A model generated the notes under the pieces. It searched no databases and was not told the DNA's origin. It saw only the letters and a program-made list of their open reading frames with translations. Position numbers and translations under genes: made by a program. DNA of 64,000 bases from an uncultured Spirochaetota bacterium (lineage in GTDB: Bacteria > Spirochaetota > UBA4802 > UBA5550): contig CAWHAA010000004.1 in assembly GCA_963827275.1 (NCBI GenBank), forward strand, positions 486,847-550,846, in the 5' to 3' direction. Positions 10,159 through 19,437 of this stretch are shown here, one piece after another (within the stretch, counting starts at the first letter, position 1; each line of letters starts with the position of its first letter).

Positions 10159-10452
10159 TGGTATAAAAAAATTGTAGACACTAAAATTAATCTATTTTAT
10201 ATAGACGCAGTAATTTTAGCAATACATTTTATTGTAAAATAGGGCCCGGGGCGAAATATCGTAAAAAAATCGTCTTTACCGCCCTGCCGGCTCATACTGA
10301 CAGTGCAGAACGGGCTTTTGCACAGACCTGAAATCGGTTGAGACGTATCAGGCCATCTGACGTCCTTTTTTTTATATGCCGGTTAAAATTGAGGGCGAAT
10401 AGCCGGATATCCTTCACCCCTTATCCCGAGATACTTTGCAAGGAGTTTCCCC

Positions 10453-11547
10453 ATGATACAGTTTTTGCGTTTCGACGGTTCATCTATAGAAGACTCGCGG
10501 TTCAATATTATTACCGGCAAAGACGTGGCGCTCTTTTTCCTGAAACAGGCGGTGTATTTCGTGCTGTTCATCTATTCCACCCTGTTTCTTGCCGCTGCGA
10601 TCCCCTTCGTCAAGACGCCGTTTGTCCCGATCTACTTCATCGGCGGTTTTGCGACGATGGTGCTGGTTATCCGGCTTGCCAATCACGCCATCAAGTACTT
10701 CCGTTATCGTAACGGATCGATCGCGGTCAGCCAGGCAGGACTGGAGCTTGCGGAGAAGGACGTGAGGATAAAGATACCCGGGTCCGAAATTACCTATATG
10801 GAGCGGAATTTTCTCGGGAACCTTCTCATCCGCCAGAAGTACGACAAGTTCTCGTTTCCCCTGATGCTCCTTTCGGGCGATGACCGCGAAAAGCTCGTTT
10901 CCCTCTTCCAGGACCTGGCGCCGCGCCGGAGTTACATTTTCGCCAAGACATGGGACTTCATCGATGCCATCGTCGTCGCGCTGGTGCTCGCGGTCCATAT
11001 CATCCAGTTCATTATCCAGGCCTACTATATCCCTACCGGCTCCATGGAGGATACGCTGAAGGTGGGCGATCATCTCTTCGTGGAAAAGATCACCTACGGG
11101 CCGATGATACCCCGGATGATCTGCATGGATAAGCCGGTCCACCTCTCCTTCCTCGGCCTGCGGGGCATTGAGAGGGGGGATATCGTGATTTTCAGGCCAC
11201 CCCATGACGAGGACAAGGACTATATCAAGCGCTGCATCGCGGTGCCGGGCGACCGGTTCGAGATGAAAAACGGCGCGGTCTATATCAACGACAAACCCGT
11301 CGAGGAACCCTATGTCAAGGGCATCACCAGGCCGTTCAATTTCGGCCCCACGCGGCAGAACGAGATCCAGGGCGTCGTCCCGCCGGGCAAGGTGGTGGTG
11401 CTCGGGGACAACCGCGAGAACTCACAGGACAGCCGCTTCTTCGGGTACCTTGAAATCGAGCGGATCAAGGGAAAGGCCTTTGTCCTCTACTGGAATACGG
11501 CGCAGGTTTTCAAGCTTGACTTTTCGAGGTTCGGCCTGATACGGTAA
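10453..11547 (+). CDS. lepB: signal peptidase I (S26) with ~190-aa N-terminal membrane/PH-like extension
   Basis: Catalytic Ser box YYIPTGSMEDTL, Lys box KRCIAVPGDRFE, box E VVLGDNRENSQDSRFFG; preceding region has 2-3 TM helices and a bPH-like segment. Confidence 0.85.
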   Translation: MIQFLRFDGSSIEDSRFNIITGKDVALFFLKQAVYFVLFIYSTLFLAAAIPFVKTPFVPIYFIGGFATMVLVIRLANHAIKYFRYRNGSIAVSQAGLELAEKDVRIKIPGSEITYMERNFLGNLLIRQKYDKFSFPLMLLSGDDREKLVSLFQDLAPRRSYIFAKTWDFIDAIVVALVLAVHIIQFIIQAYYIPTGSMEDTLKVGDHLFVEKITYGPMIPRMICMDKPVHLSFLGLRGIERGDIVIFRPPHDEDKDYIKRCIAVPGDRFEMKNGAVYINDKPVEEPYVKGITRPFNFGPTRQNEIQGVVPPGKVVVLGDNRENSQDSRFFGYLEIERIKGKAFVLYWNTAQVFKLDFSRFGLIR

Positions 11548-11643
11548 GGAGGGGCCCGTATGCCTTGTCGCCGGGACGGAACTGCCCGCCGCCCGCTTTC
11601 GCGGCGCCGTCGGCCCGGGTACCCCGCATAAACATACTCCGGG

Positions 11644-13491
11644 TTGTATATGAACCAGAAGGTATTCAAGCGGCGGGTTATAATCGCCGGTCTGCTTTTT
11701 GCCGCGCTCTCCCTCGTTTTCATCGTGAGGCTTTTTAATCTTCATTTTTCAGGCAGGATCACGGTGTCGGACGGTGACGGCAACCCGGCGCGCCGCGGGA
11801 TCATCAGGGACCGCGGCGGGTACATCCTGGCCATTTCCCTTGAAAAGAACTCCCTCTTTGCCAATCCCGAGGAGATCACCAATCCGGAGGGGACCGCGCG
11901 CGCGCTGTCCGGGCCGCTGCAGCTTACGCCTGAAGCGATCCTGAAAAAAATTAAAAAGAAAAAGCGTTTTGTCTGGATCAAGCGGAAGATAGACGATGCT
12001 GCCGCGGAGCAGATCGGGAAACTGGACATGCCGGGCATCTATTTTAAAAAAGAGTACCGGCGCATGTATCCCCATGAGGAGCTCGCGGCGAACATCATCG
12101 GGTTCACGGGTATCGACAACGACGGCCTTGCCGGAATAGAATACGGCTTTGACCGTATCCTGGCGTCGCGGCCCGAGAGGGAGGCGGCCGGGCCGGGCGC
12201 GGGGAACTTCGGCGGGAACATCACCCTCACCATCGACCGGTTCATACAGCACGAGGCGGAACAGGAGATCGGACGCGCGGTCGCGCTTTACCGCGCCAAG
12301 CAGGGCGCCGTGCTGGTCATGGAAGTGAAAACCGGCCGGATACTCGCCCTTGCGAAGGCGCCGGGATTCAACCCGAACCGGTACTACGAATATTCTTCAT
12401 TCGATCTCAGAAATTTTTCCTTCATCGATTCGTTCGAGCCGGGCTCGACGCTGAAGATACTGTCCCTGGCGTCCATGCTCGAGCACAATCCCCCGGTAGC
12501 GGACCGCCGCTATGATTGCAAAGGCGCGATCGACATCGCCGACGTGCGGATCAACTGCACCGGGGTCCATGGCTCCGTCTCGATGAAGGACATCATCCGT
12601 CATTCCTGCAACGTCGGGGTCATCGAGGCGATGCGCGGCGTAAAAAAGAAAAACCTCTATGACACGCTCGCACGGTTCAGGTTCGGCCGCAAGACCGGCA
12701 TCGAGCTGCCGGGCGAATCGGAGGGAATTTTCCGTCACTGGAGCAGGTGGTCCGGGCTGTCAAAATACTCGATGGCTATAGGGCACGAAATCTCGGTGAC
12801 GTCGGTACAGCTTGCGGCCGCCTTCTGCGCGGTCGCCAACGGAGGGGTGTACATCTCTCCCTCGATCATTGAGTCGATTGAGGACGGCAACGGCACGGTG
12901 CTGAAAAAGTTCAGCCCCGCGGTCAGGGGGCGGGTCATCAGCAGGGATATCAGCAGGAAGCTGATGGCAATGATGCGGGGCGTGGTCGAGGGAGGGACCG
13001 GGCAGCGCGCCGGGTCGCTCTACTACTGCGTTGCGGGAAAGACCGGCACATCGCAGAAGTTCGTGCGGGCGCGTGGATATTCCGACCGCGTGCTCGCTTC
13101 ATTCGTCGGCATCGCGCCCTGCGAGGACCCCGAGGTGTGCATGCTCGTCATCATCGACGACCCGGCCGACAGGCTTTCTGGCGGCCAGATCGCTACCCCG
13201 GTCTTTGCAAATTTAATCGACAAGGTCCTGGTACGGCAGGGCGTGGTGAAAAAACGCCTCACACCGGCAGACCCGCTCCGCAGAGCCAATCCGAAGGTCG
13301 AATTCGACGGCGGCGCCATGCCCGATTTCAGGGGGCGGGGGCTGGCTGAATCGCTCTCCGCCCTTGTGGAGATGAAGAAACAAAATGATATCGTCTACTC
13401 GCTGCAGGGATCCGGCAAGGTGTATGCCCAGCAGCCGGCCCCCGGGGCACGGCTTGAAAAAGCGGGTGAGATAAAATTATTTCTGAAATAA
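11644..13491 (+). CDS. penicillin-binding protein (class B transpeptidase, FtsI/SpoVD-like) with C-terminal PASTA domain
   Basis: N-terminal TM anchor, dimerisation domain, SxxK (FEPGSTLK), SxN (SCN), KTG (KTGTSQK) motifs; C-terminal PASTA-like segment MPDFRGRGLAESLSALVEM...GEIKLFL. Confidence 0.9.
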   Translation: MYMNQKVFKRRVIIAGLLFAALSLVFIVRLFNLHFSGRITVSDGDGNPARRGIIRDRGGYILAISLEKNSLFANPEEITNPEGTARALSGPLQLTPEAILKKIKKKKRFVWIKRKIDDAAAEQIGKLDMPGIYFKKEYRRMYPHEELAANIIGFTGIDNDGLAGIEYGFDRILASRPEREAAGPGAGNFGGNITLTIDRFIQHEAEQEIGRAVALYRAKQGAVLVMEVKTGRILALAKAPGFNPNRYYEYSSFDLRNFSFIDSFEPGSTLKILSLASMLEHNPPVADRRYDCKGAIDIADVRINCTGVHGSVSMKDIIRHSCNVGVIEAMRGVKKKNLYDTLARFRFGRKTGIELPGESEGIFRHWSRWSGLSKYSMAIGHEISVTSVQLAAAFCAVANGGVYISPSIIESIEDGNGTVLKKFSPAVRGRVISRDISRKLMAMMRGVVEGGTGQRAGSLYYCVAGKTGTSQKFVRARGYSDRVLASFVGIAPCEDPEVCMLVIIDDPADRLSGGQIATPVFANLIDKVLVRQGVVKKRLTPADPLRRANPKVEFDGGAMPDFRGRGLAESLSALVEMKKQNDIVYSLQGSGKVYAQQPAPGARLEKAGEIKLFLK

Positions 13492-13567
13492 TTGCCCGGA
13501 CCCGCTCCCCGGTGTCCTCTGCGGCCCTGGCGCTTTAAAATATTAAAATGTATGAAAGGAGCAGCCA

Positions 13568-14140
13568 ATGCGCACCATGAGATCGGCCCGGATTTTCCTG
13601 CTCGCCCTGCCGGGGGCGGCCATTGCCACGGTGTGCGACGGGATCCATGTTCATACCCGGACGCTGTCATATCCCGATCCGCTCCTGTTTGGCCAGGCCT
13701 GGTGGGTTTTCCCCGGGTTTCTTCTGGTGTTCCTCTTCATGGGACATGCCTATCAGTTCATCGCCCGGCGTCTTCCTGACGGTATCCCCGTGCGGCAAAG
13801 CACTTCGAAAGGGAACCCGCGCGAAGTGGTTGAAGCCGCGGCGGCCTTTGCTTTTGTGTACCTGCTCAGCGGGTACGGTAATTTTGATCCGGTGCTGCTG
13901 TCGGTGGTTTTCTACTGTGCGTTCGCGGTGCGCTGGCTGTTCAGCTATGACCGTGGCTGGCTGTTCCTCCTCGCGGTCCTGATGGCATTCGGCGGGATGG
14001 CCGCGGAAGGCGCCATGTCGGCCGCAGGGCTGGTGACGTATCGCCATGTCGATCTGTTTTACGTGCCGTTCTGGCTGGGGGGCCTGTACCTGCACGGCGC
14101 GTTCGCGCTGCGTGAAGGGATGCGCTATTTTGCTTATTGA
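13568..14140 (+). CDS. hypothetical integral membrane protein
   Basis: 190 aa, ~5 hydrophobic helices, aromatic-rich; no catalytic motif. Confidence 0.45.
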   Translation: MRTMRSARIFLLALPGAAIATVCDGIHVHTRTLSYPDPLLFGQAWWVFPGFLLVFLFMGHAYQFIARRLPDGIPVRQSTSKGNPREVVEAAAAFAFVYLLSGYGNFDPVLLSVVFYCAFAVRWLFSYDRGWLFLLAVLMAFGGMAAEGAMSAAGLVTYRHVDLFYVPFWLGGLYLHGAFALREGMRYFAY

Positions 14141-14183
14141 TATTTTCATTGAAATTTCACGCCACTCATACGATAGGTAATCC

Positions 14184-16061
14184 ATGGGGCATTTTGAAAA
14201 AAACATCTCCATCATCAAATCCCGCTTTCCCGCGGTGCATGAACTGATTTCCGCCTGCGCCGATGACGCTTCCATCGAAGCGGTCGAGACAAAACAGGGG
14301 GATTTCGTGCCGGCAGTGACGAAAGAGGGGAAGCGAATATTCGTCCACAGCAGGTTTGACCCGGTGAAAGAAGCGGCGCGTTTCCTCGGCGAGGTCGATA
14401 CCGCAGCCCATGACCTGTTCATCGTGTTCGGCTTCGGTTTCGGCTACCACGTGGAGGGGATACTCGCGGGGATGGGAGCGGGTTCTCTTCTCCTGGTGAT
14501 CGAGAAAAGCCCCCTCATGCTGAAGCGCGCTGCGGAGAGCAGGGACCTTGCCCGGGTCTTCGGTGACGAGCGCCTTCTGCTCCTTGTCGCACCCGGCGAA
14601 GATGCCATGGCCGGGGTGCTGAAGGGAAAGTCATCCCGGCGCACCAGCCTTGTCCTGCACCGCGGCTCGTTCCAGGCGGAGCCCGACTACTACGGCAACA
14701 TGCAGGAGATCGCGCGCTCCTACCTCTCCACCAAAGAGGTGAACATCGCCACCCTGGCAAAGTTCGAAAGGATATGGGCGGCGAACATAGCCCGGAACAT
14801 CGGCGCGTTCATTGACGCGCCGGGGGCGAACAGCTTCTTCGGCAGGTTCGAGCATATCCCGGCGATCGTCGTGGCCGCAGGGCCGTCACTCACGCATAGC
14901 CTTGGTTTTATCCGCGCGAACCGCGGCCGCGCGGTCATCGTCGCGGTTGACACCTCCTACCGCATCCTGATGAAACAGGGGATCGAGCCGCATTTTTGCG
15001 TCGTGGTGGACCCCCAGCTGATCAATGCCCGGTATTTCGAGGGAGCGGGTCAGAGCAGCACGGTACTGATCGCTGACCCGACCGTGCACCCCTCCGTCTT
15101 CCGCCTGTTCCGGGGCCGCGTGGCGATGACCGGCGTTGCGTTCGAACTCATGAAGTGGATCGAGCGGCAGTGCGGTGAAAAGGGAGAGATCACGCACGGC
15201 GGGTCCGTATCGACCAACGCCTATGATTTCGCCAAGCGTCTTGGCGCTTCGCCCGTGATCTTGGTGGGGCAGGACCTTGCCTTCACCGACGGCCTCGCGC
15301 ACGCCAGGGGATCATACCTTGATGAGCAGGTGTTCCTGCGGACCGGGAGGCTCTATACGCCGGAGATGCTGAACCGGTTCCAGCTCACTGCTCTGCCGAA
15401 AATTATGGTAAAGGGGATCCGGCAGCCGGCCGTGCATACCAACCAGAAGATGATGATATTCCACTCCTGGTTCCAGAAGCGCCAGGACCGGGAGCTGGTT
15501 AACGCGACCCATGACGGCGCGTATATCGCGGGGATCACGCATGTCCCTGCGGGCGAGATCACCCTCCCGGCGCACGATACCGGCATCGACCGCCTTGTCG
15601 ATGACATCTTCCGGGATGCGGCAGGCCATACCGCGCAGGACGCGCGGGAGCGCCTGAAGAGCAGGGTTGGCCTCATCCTGGGGGAAATCGATGCGCTTCT
15701 TCCGGTCCTGGGCAGGGCGGTGGGACTGGCCGGGGACCTCCAGACACTCATGCGGACCAGGGGCAGGGGGACGGGGGATGCCGGGGGTCAGAGCAAGCTT
15801 GACTATGTGCTGAAAAAACTCGCCGAAACCGACCGCATCGTGGAATCCCGGAAAAACGCGAAAGACATGATCAGCTTCACCATGCAGCGGGTGGTGCATA
15901 CCATAACCGAGGGACACGCGATTGACGAGGACGACGGCGCCTGCAGCGAGGATGAGCTTGTCGCAAAGCGGTCCCGCTACCTGTACCAGGGCCTGCTTGA
16001 CGGCGCCCGGTTCAACGCAAAGATCCTCAAAAAGATGGCGCGCCTTCTCAATGGACGCTGA
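14184..16061 (+). CDS. motility-accessory-factor-like protein (DUF115/MptE-like domain), putative flagellin glycosylation factor
   Basis: N-terminal FVHSRFDPVKEAARFL and central VVAAGPSL...AVDTSYRIL resemble the Campylobacter Maf/PseE family architecture; assignment by eye only. Confidence 0.55.
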   Translation: MGHFEKNISIIKSRFPAVHELISACADDASIEAVETKQGDFVPAVTKEGKRIFVHSRFDPVKEAARFLGEVDTAAHDLFIVFGFGFGYHVEGILAGMGAGSLLLVIEKSPLMLKRAAESRDLARVFGDERLLLLVAPGEDAMAGVLKGKSSRRTSLVLHRGSFQAEPDYYGNMQEIARSYLSTKEVNIATLAKFERIWAANIARNIGAFIDAPGANSFFGRFEHIPAIVVAAGPSLTHSLGFIRANRGRAVIVAVDTSYRILMKQGIEPHFCVVVDPQLINARYFEGAGQSSTVLIADPTVHPSVFRLFRGRVAMTGVAFELMKWIERQCGEKGEITHGGSVSTNAYDFAKRLGASPVILVGQDLAFTDGLAHARGSYLDEQVFLRTGRLYTPEMLNRFQLTALPKIMVKGIRQPAVHTNQKMMIFHSWFQKRQDRELVNATHDGAYIAGITHVPAGEITLPAHDTGIDRLVDDIFRDAAGHTAQDARERLKSRVGLILGEIDALLPVLGRAVGLAGDLQTLMRTRGRGTGDAGGQSKLDYVLKKLAETDRIVESRKNAKDMISFTMQRVVHTITEGHAIDEDDGACSEDELVAKRSRYLYQGLLDGARFNAKILKKMARLLNGR

Positions 16062-16201
16062 TTCATTTTTTTTCTTGCTTTTTCAAATGAAAATATTTTT
16101 ATACATGTATCAATACACCATGTGACTTGAACAAAAACGCACAAAAAGCAGTTTTTTTTGTCACATGGGCGTCATGCGTGACGCTAATCCAGTAGAACGG
16201 G

Positions 16202-16732
16202 TTGCCCGATACCATGTTTGCGAAAAACAGGGACTTTGCCGAGACATACAGCGACCTGTACCCGGTTGTCTTCAGTGCGGTATACCGCAAGGTGAGGAGC
16301 CGCGAAGACGCGGAAGACATCAGCCAGGAGCTTTTCATCAAGCTGTATGATAAGCTTGGCGAGGTCGAAAACAGGAGGAAATGGCTCTACGGCGCCCTGA
16401 AGCTGGAGGTGATGGCCTATTACCGGAAAAAGAAGCCGGGTGCCGTCGATATTGACGAGGTCTTTGACGATGTTGCCCTCACGTTCGTTAACGGCTTCCG
16501 CGACACGCGGATCATGATCAGCGATGCCCTCGAAGACCTGGATAATTTCAGCGACAGGACGGACCAGGCCCTCTTTGACCTTGTTGCGGTGCGCAGTTTT
16601 TCTTACGAGGAGGCGGGGGCGCAGCTCGGCCTGTCAAAGCGGCAAGTACGGTACCGGTATGGCCTGATCGTAGACCGGCTGGTTGATTATTTTAAGAAGA
16701 AGGGGATCAATAGCCTGGAGGAACTCTTATGA
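16202..16732 (+). CDS. ECF-type RNA polymerase sigma factor (sigma-70 regions 2 and 4)
   Basis: Region 2 ...DAEDISQELFIKLY...; region 4 HTH SYEEAGAQLGLSKRQVRYRY; true start may be ATG 16214. Confidence 0.8.
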   Translation: MPDTMFAKNRDFAETYSDLYPVVFSAVYRKVRSREDAEDISQELFIKLYDKLGEVENRRKWLYGALKLEVMAYYRKKKPGAVDIDEVFDDVALTFVNGFRDTRIMISDALEDLDNFSDRTDQALFDLVAVRSFSYEEAGAQLGLSKRQVRYRYGLIVDRLVDYFKKKGINSLEELL

Positions 16733-17472
16733 ATGAAAGCCCGAACATTTTGCTGTTCGGCGAGGTCCTGCACAAGTACCGTTTTACGGAACCTGCGCCG
16801 GCGGACATACAGCACTTCATCAGGGAGAACAAGCGGAAGCAGTTTCAAAAGATCATGAAACGCACAGCCGGCTATTCTGTCCTGTTCGCGCTTATATCGC
16901 ACATGTTTTTTACAATCAGGAAATACGGCATTGCGATTACGATCGTCAAGAGCGCGATACTTCTCGGGGTCCTCTCGCTCATCACGGCCGCCGCGGTTAC
17001 GACAGGCGTCTACCTCTTTGTCGTGCGCGGCGCGCAGGACGCGGTCATGGCGCCCGCGATGGAATTTATCAGGGGCGCCGTCCGGGAAGGCAATGCCGGG
17101 GACCATGACGACTACCTGAAGGAGCCCCCGGCGGTCATCGAAGACCGGCTGGGCATACAGCCCTTTGCCGGCGTACATATGCCCGATGCGCGGGCAGCGC
17201 GCCTGTCCGACCGGATGGCGAAGACGCTCTCCTCCCTGCGCGGCAACGACCGCGTGGTGAACCTGCGGCTCGGCCGCGGCGGCAGGAAATCAGGCATGAT
17301 GCTTTTCGGGAGCGTTGAATCGTCCGCCGGGACCTGGATTGTGTCCGCACGCGTTGCGAGCGTGAAGGATTCCAGGATACTGTTTTATGACACCGAGACG
17401 GCAGGCTCGGAGCCGGATCTGGAGGGTGCCTGCGACCGGCTGGCGCGCAGGATATATGATGCCATCAGGTAG
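16729..17472 (+). CDS. putative membrane-anchored anti-sigma factor
   Basis: Start overlaps the sigma stop (ATGA); single TM; Ala/Arg-rich periplasmic tail; context-based call. Confidence 0.45.
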   Translation: MNESPNILLFGEVLHKYRFTEPAPADIQHFIRENKRKQFQKIMKRTAGYSVLFALISHMFFTIRKYGIAITIVKSAILLGVLSLITAAAVTTGVYLFVVRGAQDAVMAPAMEFIRGAVREGNAGDHDDYLKEPPAVIEDRLGIQPFAGVHMPDARAARLSDRMAKTLSSLRGNDRVVNLRLGRGGRKSGMMLFGSVESSAGTWIVSARVASVKDSRILFYDTETAGSEPDLEGACDRLARRIYDAIR

Positions 17473-18463
17473 AATCGCCGCATGCCTGGCGCTGGCCTTC
17501 CTGGCCGCGGGCCCCGCCGCAGCGCCTTCCGGCGCCGGGGAATCCGGCGCTGCCAGGCCCAGGATTGCCGTCGTCAGTTTCGCGGAGAATAACACGGACG
17601 CCGGCACGGGACGTGCGGTCAGGAACAGCGTCGAGATGAATTTTTTCAAAGACGGCTCATTCGTGATCCTGGAACAGAGCCAGATGGAAAGCATTATCCG
17701 GGAGCGCAAGCTCCAGACATCGGAATGCAGGGACGCACAATGCGCCGCGCGGCTGGGGCTGCTGATGAAGGCCGATTACGTCATCATCGGGAGCGTTGAT
17801 AAACTCAATACCTATACCGTGACCATGAAGGTGGTGAACGTAAGGGAGGGGAGCATTGTCATCTCCGAATCGGGCGAAGCGCGGGAAATTGCGGACCTGC
17901 GTCCGGCATCCGAAGAGCTGACCCGCAGGGTCGCGGAGAGGATCAAGGGGATCGGCGGCAAACGGCGCAGGTTCGAGTATCCCGTGTACATTACCGCCAA
18001 CTTCCAGTACGCGTTTCCCGTCGGCTACCTGCGGCGGCTCGCCGCTGCCGGGTATGGGGCTTCGGTGAGCGCCCGCCTCGAGGACATCTTCGTTAAAAAC
18101 GTGCTCGCCGGCGTCGAGGTCCAGTTTCTTTATTTTACCGGCAGAAAAACCATGCACCATGCCATGATGGTCCCGGTGACGGCTCAGTTCGGGTATGCCC
18201 TGGACGTGTGGCGGTTCTCTTTCGTTCCCCTGGTCTCGCTGGGGACCGTGTACTCAATGAACTATTATTACGCGGACATGCTGCGGCTCAGGAAGACCCA
18301 GCGGAGGGGCTTCCAGTTTATGCTTAAGGCCGGGATGACCGTTGATTGCATGGTGTATAAGAATTTCCACGTAAGGATCGGTGCGGAGTACGGGAGTTTG
18401 TTTGAGAAGGGCGGTGACGCCCCCTTTATCTCATGCGGCGCCGGCGTGGGGGTACAATTTTAA
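17456..18463 (+). CDS. secreted protein with CsgG/LpoB-like N-terminal domain and C-terminal beta-rich region
   Basis: Signal peptide MMPSGRIAACLALAFLAAGPAAA; RIAVVSFAENNTDAG...FVILEQSQMESIIRERKLQ...LGLLMKADYVIIGSV matches the CsgG-family pattern; 3rd gene of the ECF operon. Confidence 0.5.
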   Translation: MMPSGRIAACLALAFLAAGPAAAPSGAGESGAARPRIAVVSFAENNTDAGTGRAVRNSVEMNFFKDGSFVILEQSQMESIIRERKLQTSECRDAQCAARLGLLMKADYVIIGSVDKLNTYTVTMKVVNVREGSIVISESGEAREIADLRPASEELTRRVAERIKGIGGKRRRFEYPVYITANFQYAFPVGYLRRLAAAGYGASVSARLEDIFVKNVLAGVEVQFLYFTGRKTMHHAMMVPVTAQFGYALDVWRFSFVPLVSLGTVYSMNYYYADMLRLRKTQRRGFQFMLKAGMTVDCMVYKNFHVRIGAEYGSLFEKGGDAPFISCGAGVGVQF

Positions 18464-18498
18464 TGATGCCTGGTTCGCATGAAGAGCCCCGCGGCAGA

Positions 18499-19134
18499 TT
18501 ATGCGCCTGACGGGAAGAAGTCCCATGCCCTGAAGATAAGCTTCAGGGCGGCGATCGGCTCGAGCTTCGCTCTGGTGATGGTTGAGTCCGGCGAGCGGGT
18601 CAGATCAATGCCGAAACCCGACCTGAATCCGAATTCCACGCTTATCGTCATATTCTCTATGGTGTGTATGTTGGCTCCCACGACCGCGCCGAATTTGGTG
18701 TATAGTATCGGATCGTATATCCTGTTATTTTTGTTGATAAACTCATATGCGAGCGAAATCTGCGGTCCGGCCCAGAGCCTCAGGAAATGTGAGCGCATGA
18801 AACCAAAACCGAAAGTATTGGAAAATACAATAGTATTGGTGTCCCGGGAGCTATTCTCGTACAGGGTATTCAATCGTCTTGTAGTGGTATAGCATTCGAG
18901 ATTTGCGCGATAATTGAAGAGCTGGTCCTTCGCCACCGCGGTATCAAACACGAGATCGATCCCCTGCATCTTCCCAATGAGTCTGTCCATGAGCGTGGGA
19001 TGGGACGGCTGGAGCGGCCGGGCAGGCAAGGCCGCGACGGTCCTGTTCAGGCCCAGTCCGGCCGACGAGAGGGGCTGTCCCCCCAGGACCAGCAGCGCCA
19101 GCGCAAGAGTGCCATATGCCAATATCCTTTTCAT
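18499..19134 (-). CDS. outer-membrane beta-barrel protein (porin/OmpA-like family)
   Basis: ORF 18499-19176, start MKRILAYGTLALALLVLGG; alternating amphipathic beta-strands; C-terminal aromatic residue pattern. Confidence 0.5.
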   Translation of the reverse strand: MKRILAYGTLALALLVLGGQPLSSAGLGLNRTVAALPARPLQPSHPTLMDRLIGKMQGIDLVFDTAVAKDQLFNYRANLECYTTTRRLNTLYENSSRDTNTIVFSNTFGFGFMRSHFLRLWAGPQISLAYEFINKNNRIYDPILYTKFGAVVGANIHTIENMTISVEFGFRSGFGIDLTRSPDSTITRAKLEPIAALKLIFRAWDFFPSGA

Positions 19135-19437
19135 AACCGCCCTGTTCAAGATCACGCCACAAAAATAATAGTGCATTTCCCATCGTCAAGTATTTTAGTG
19201 ATTTTTGATAAAACGATTCCCGTGATTTCAGCCTGACCGGGTTGCTTTTCCGGTAGCGGAAGGGCTCGTAACAGTTGCTGCTGGACCCCTCATGAAATTT
19301 TTTTACAAAAATTTTGTCACTCCCGGCATGGTCCCGACGCGTCTCTATCAGGAAGCGATGCTTCATGCGGGCCGCGCCGGTGTTTTGCACTGACACGGTT
19401 CCGGGTATAATCTAAATCATTTTTCGGAGGAAATTTT

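Noticed and set aside
10338-10712. 124-aa ORF upstream of and overlapping the lepB start
   Set aside because: It overlaps the well-supported lepB N-terminus in another frame, has an Arg/Cys-rich implausible composition, and no RBS.
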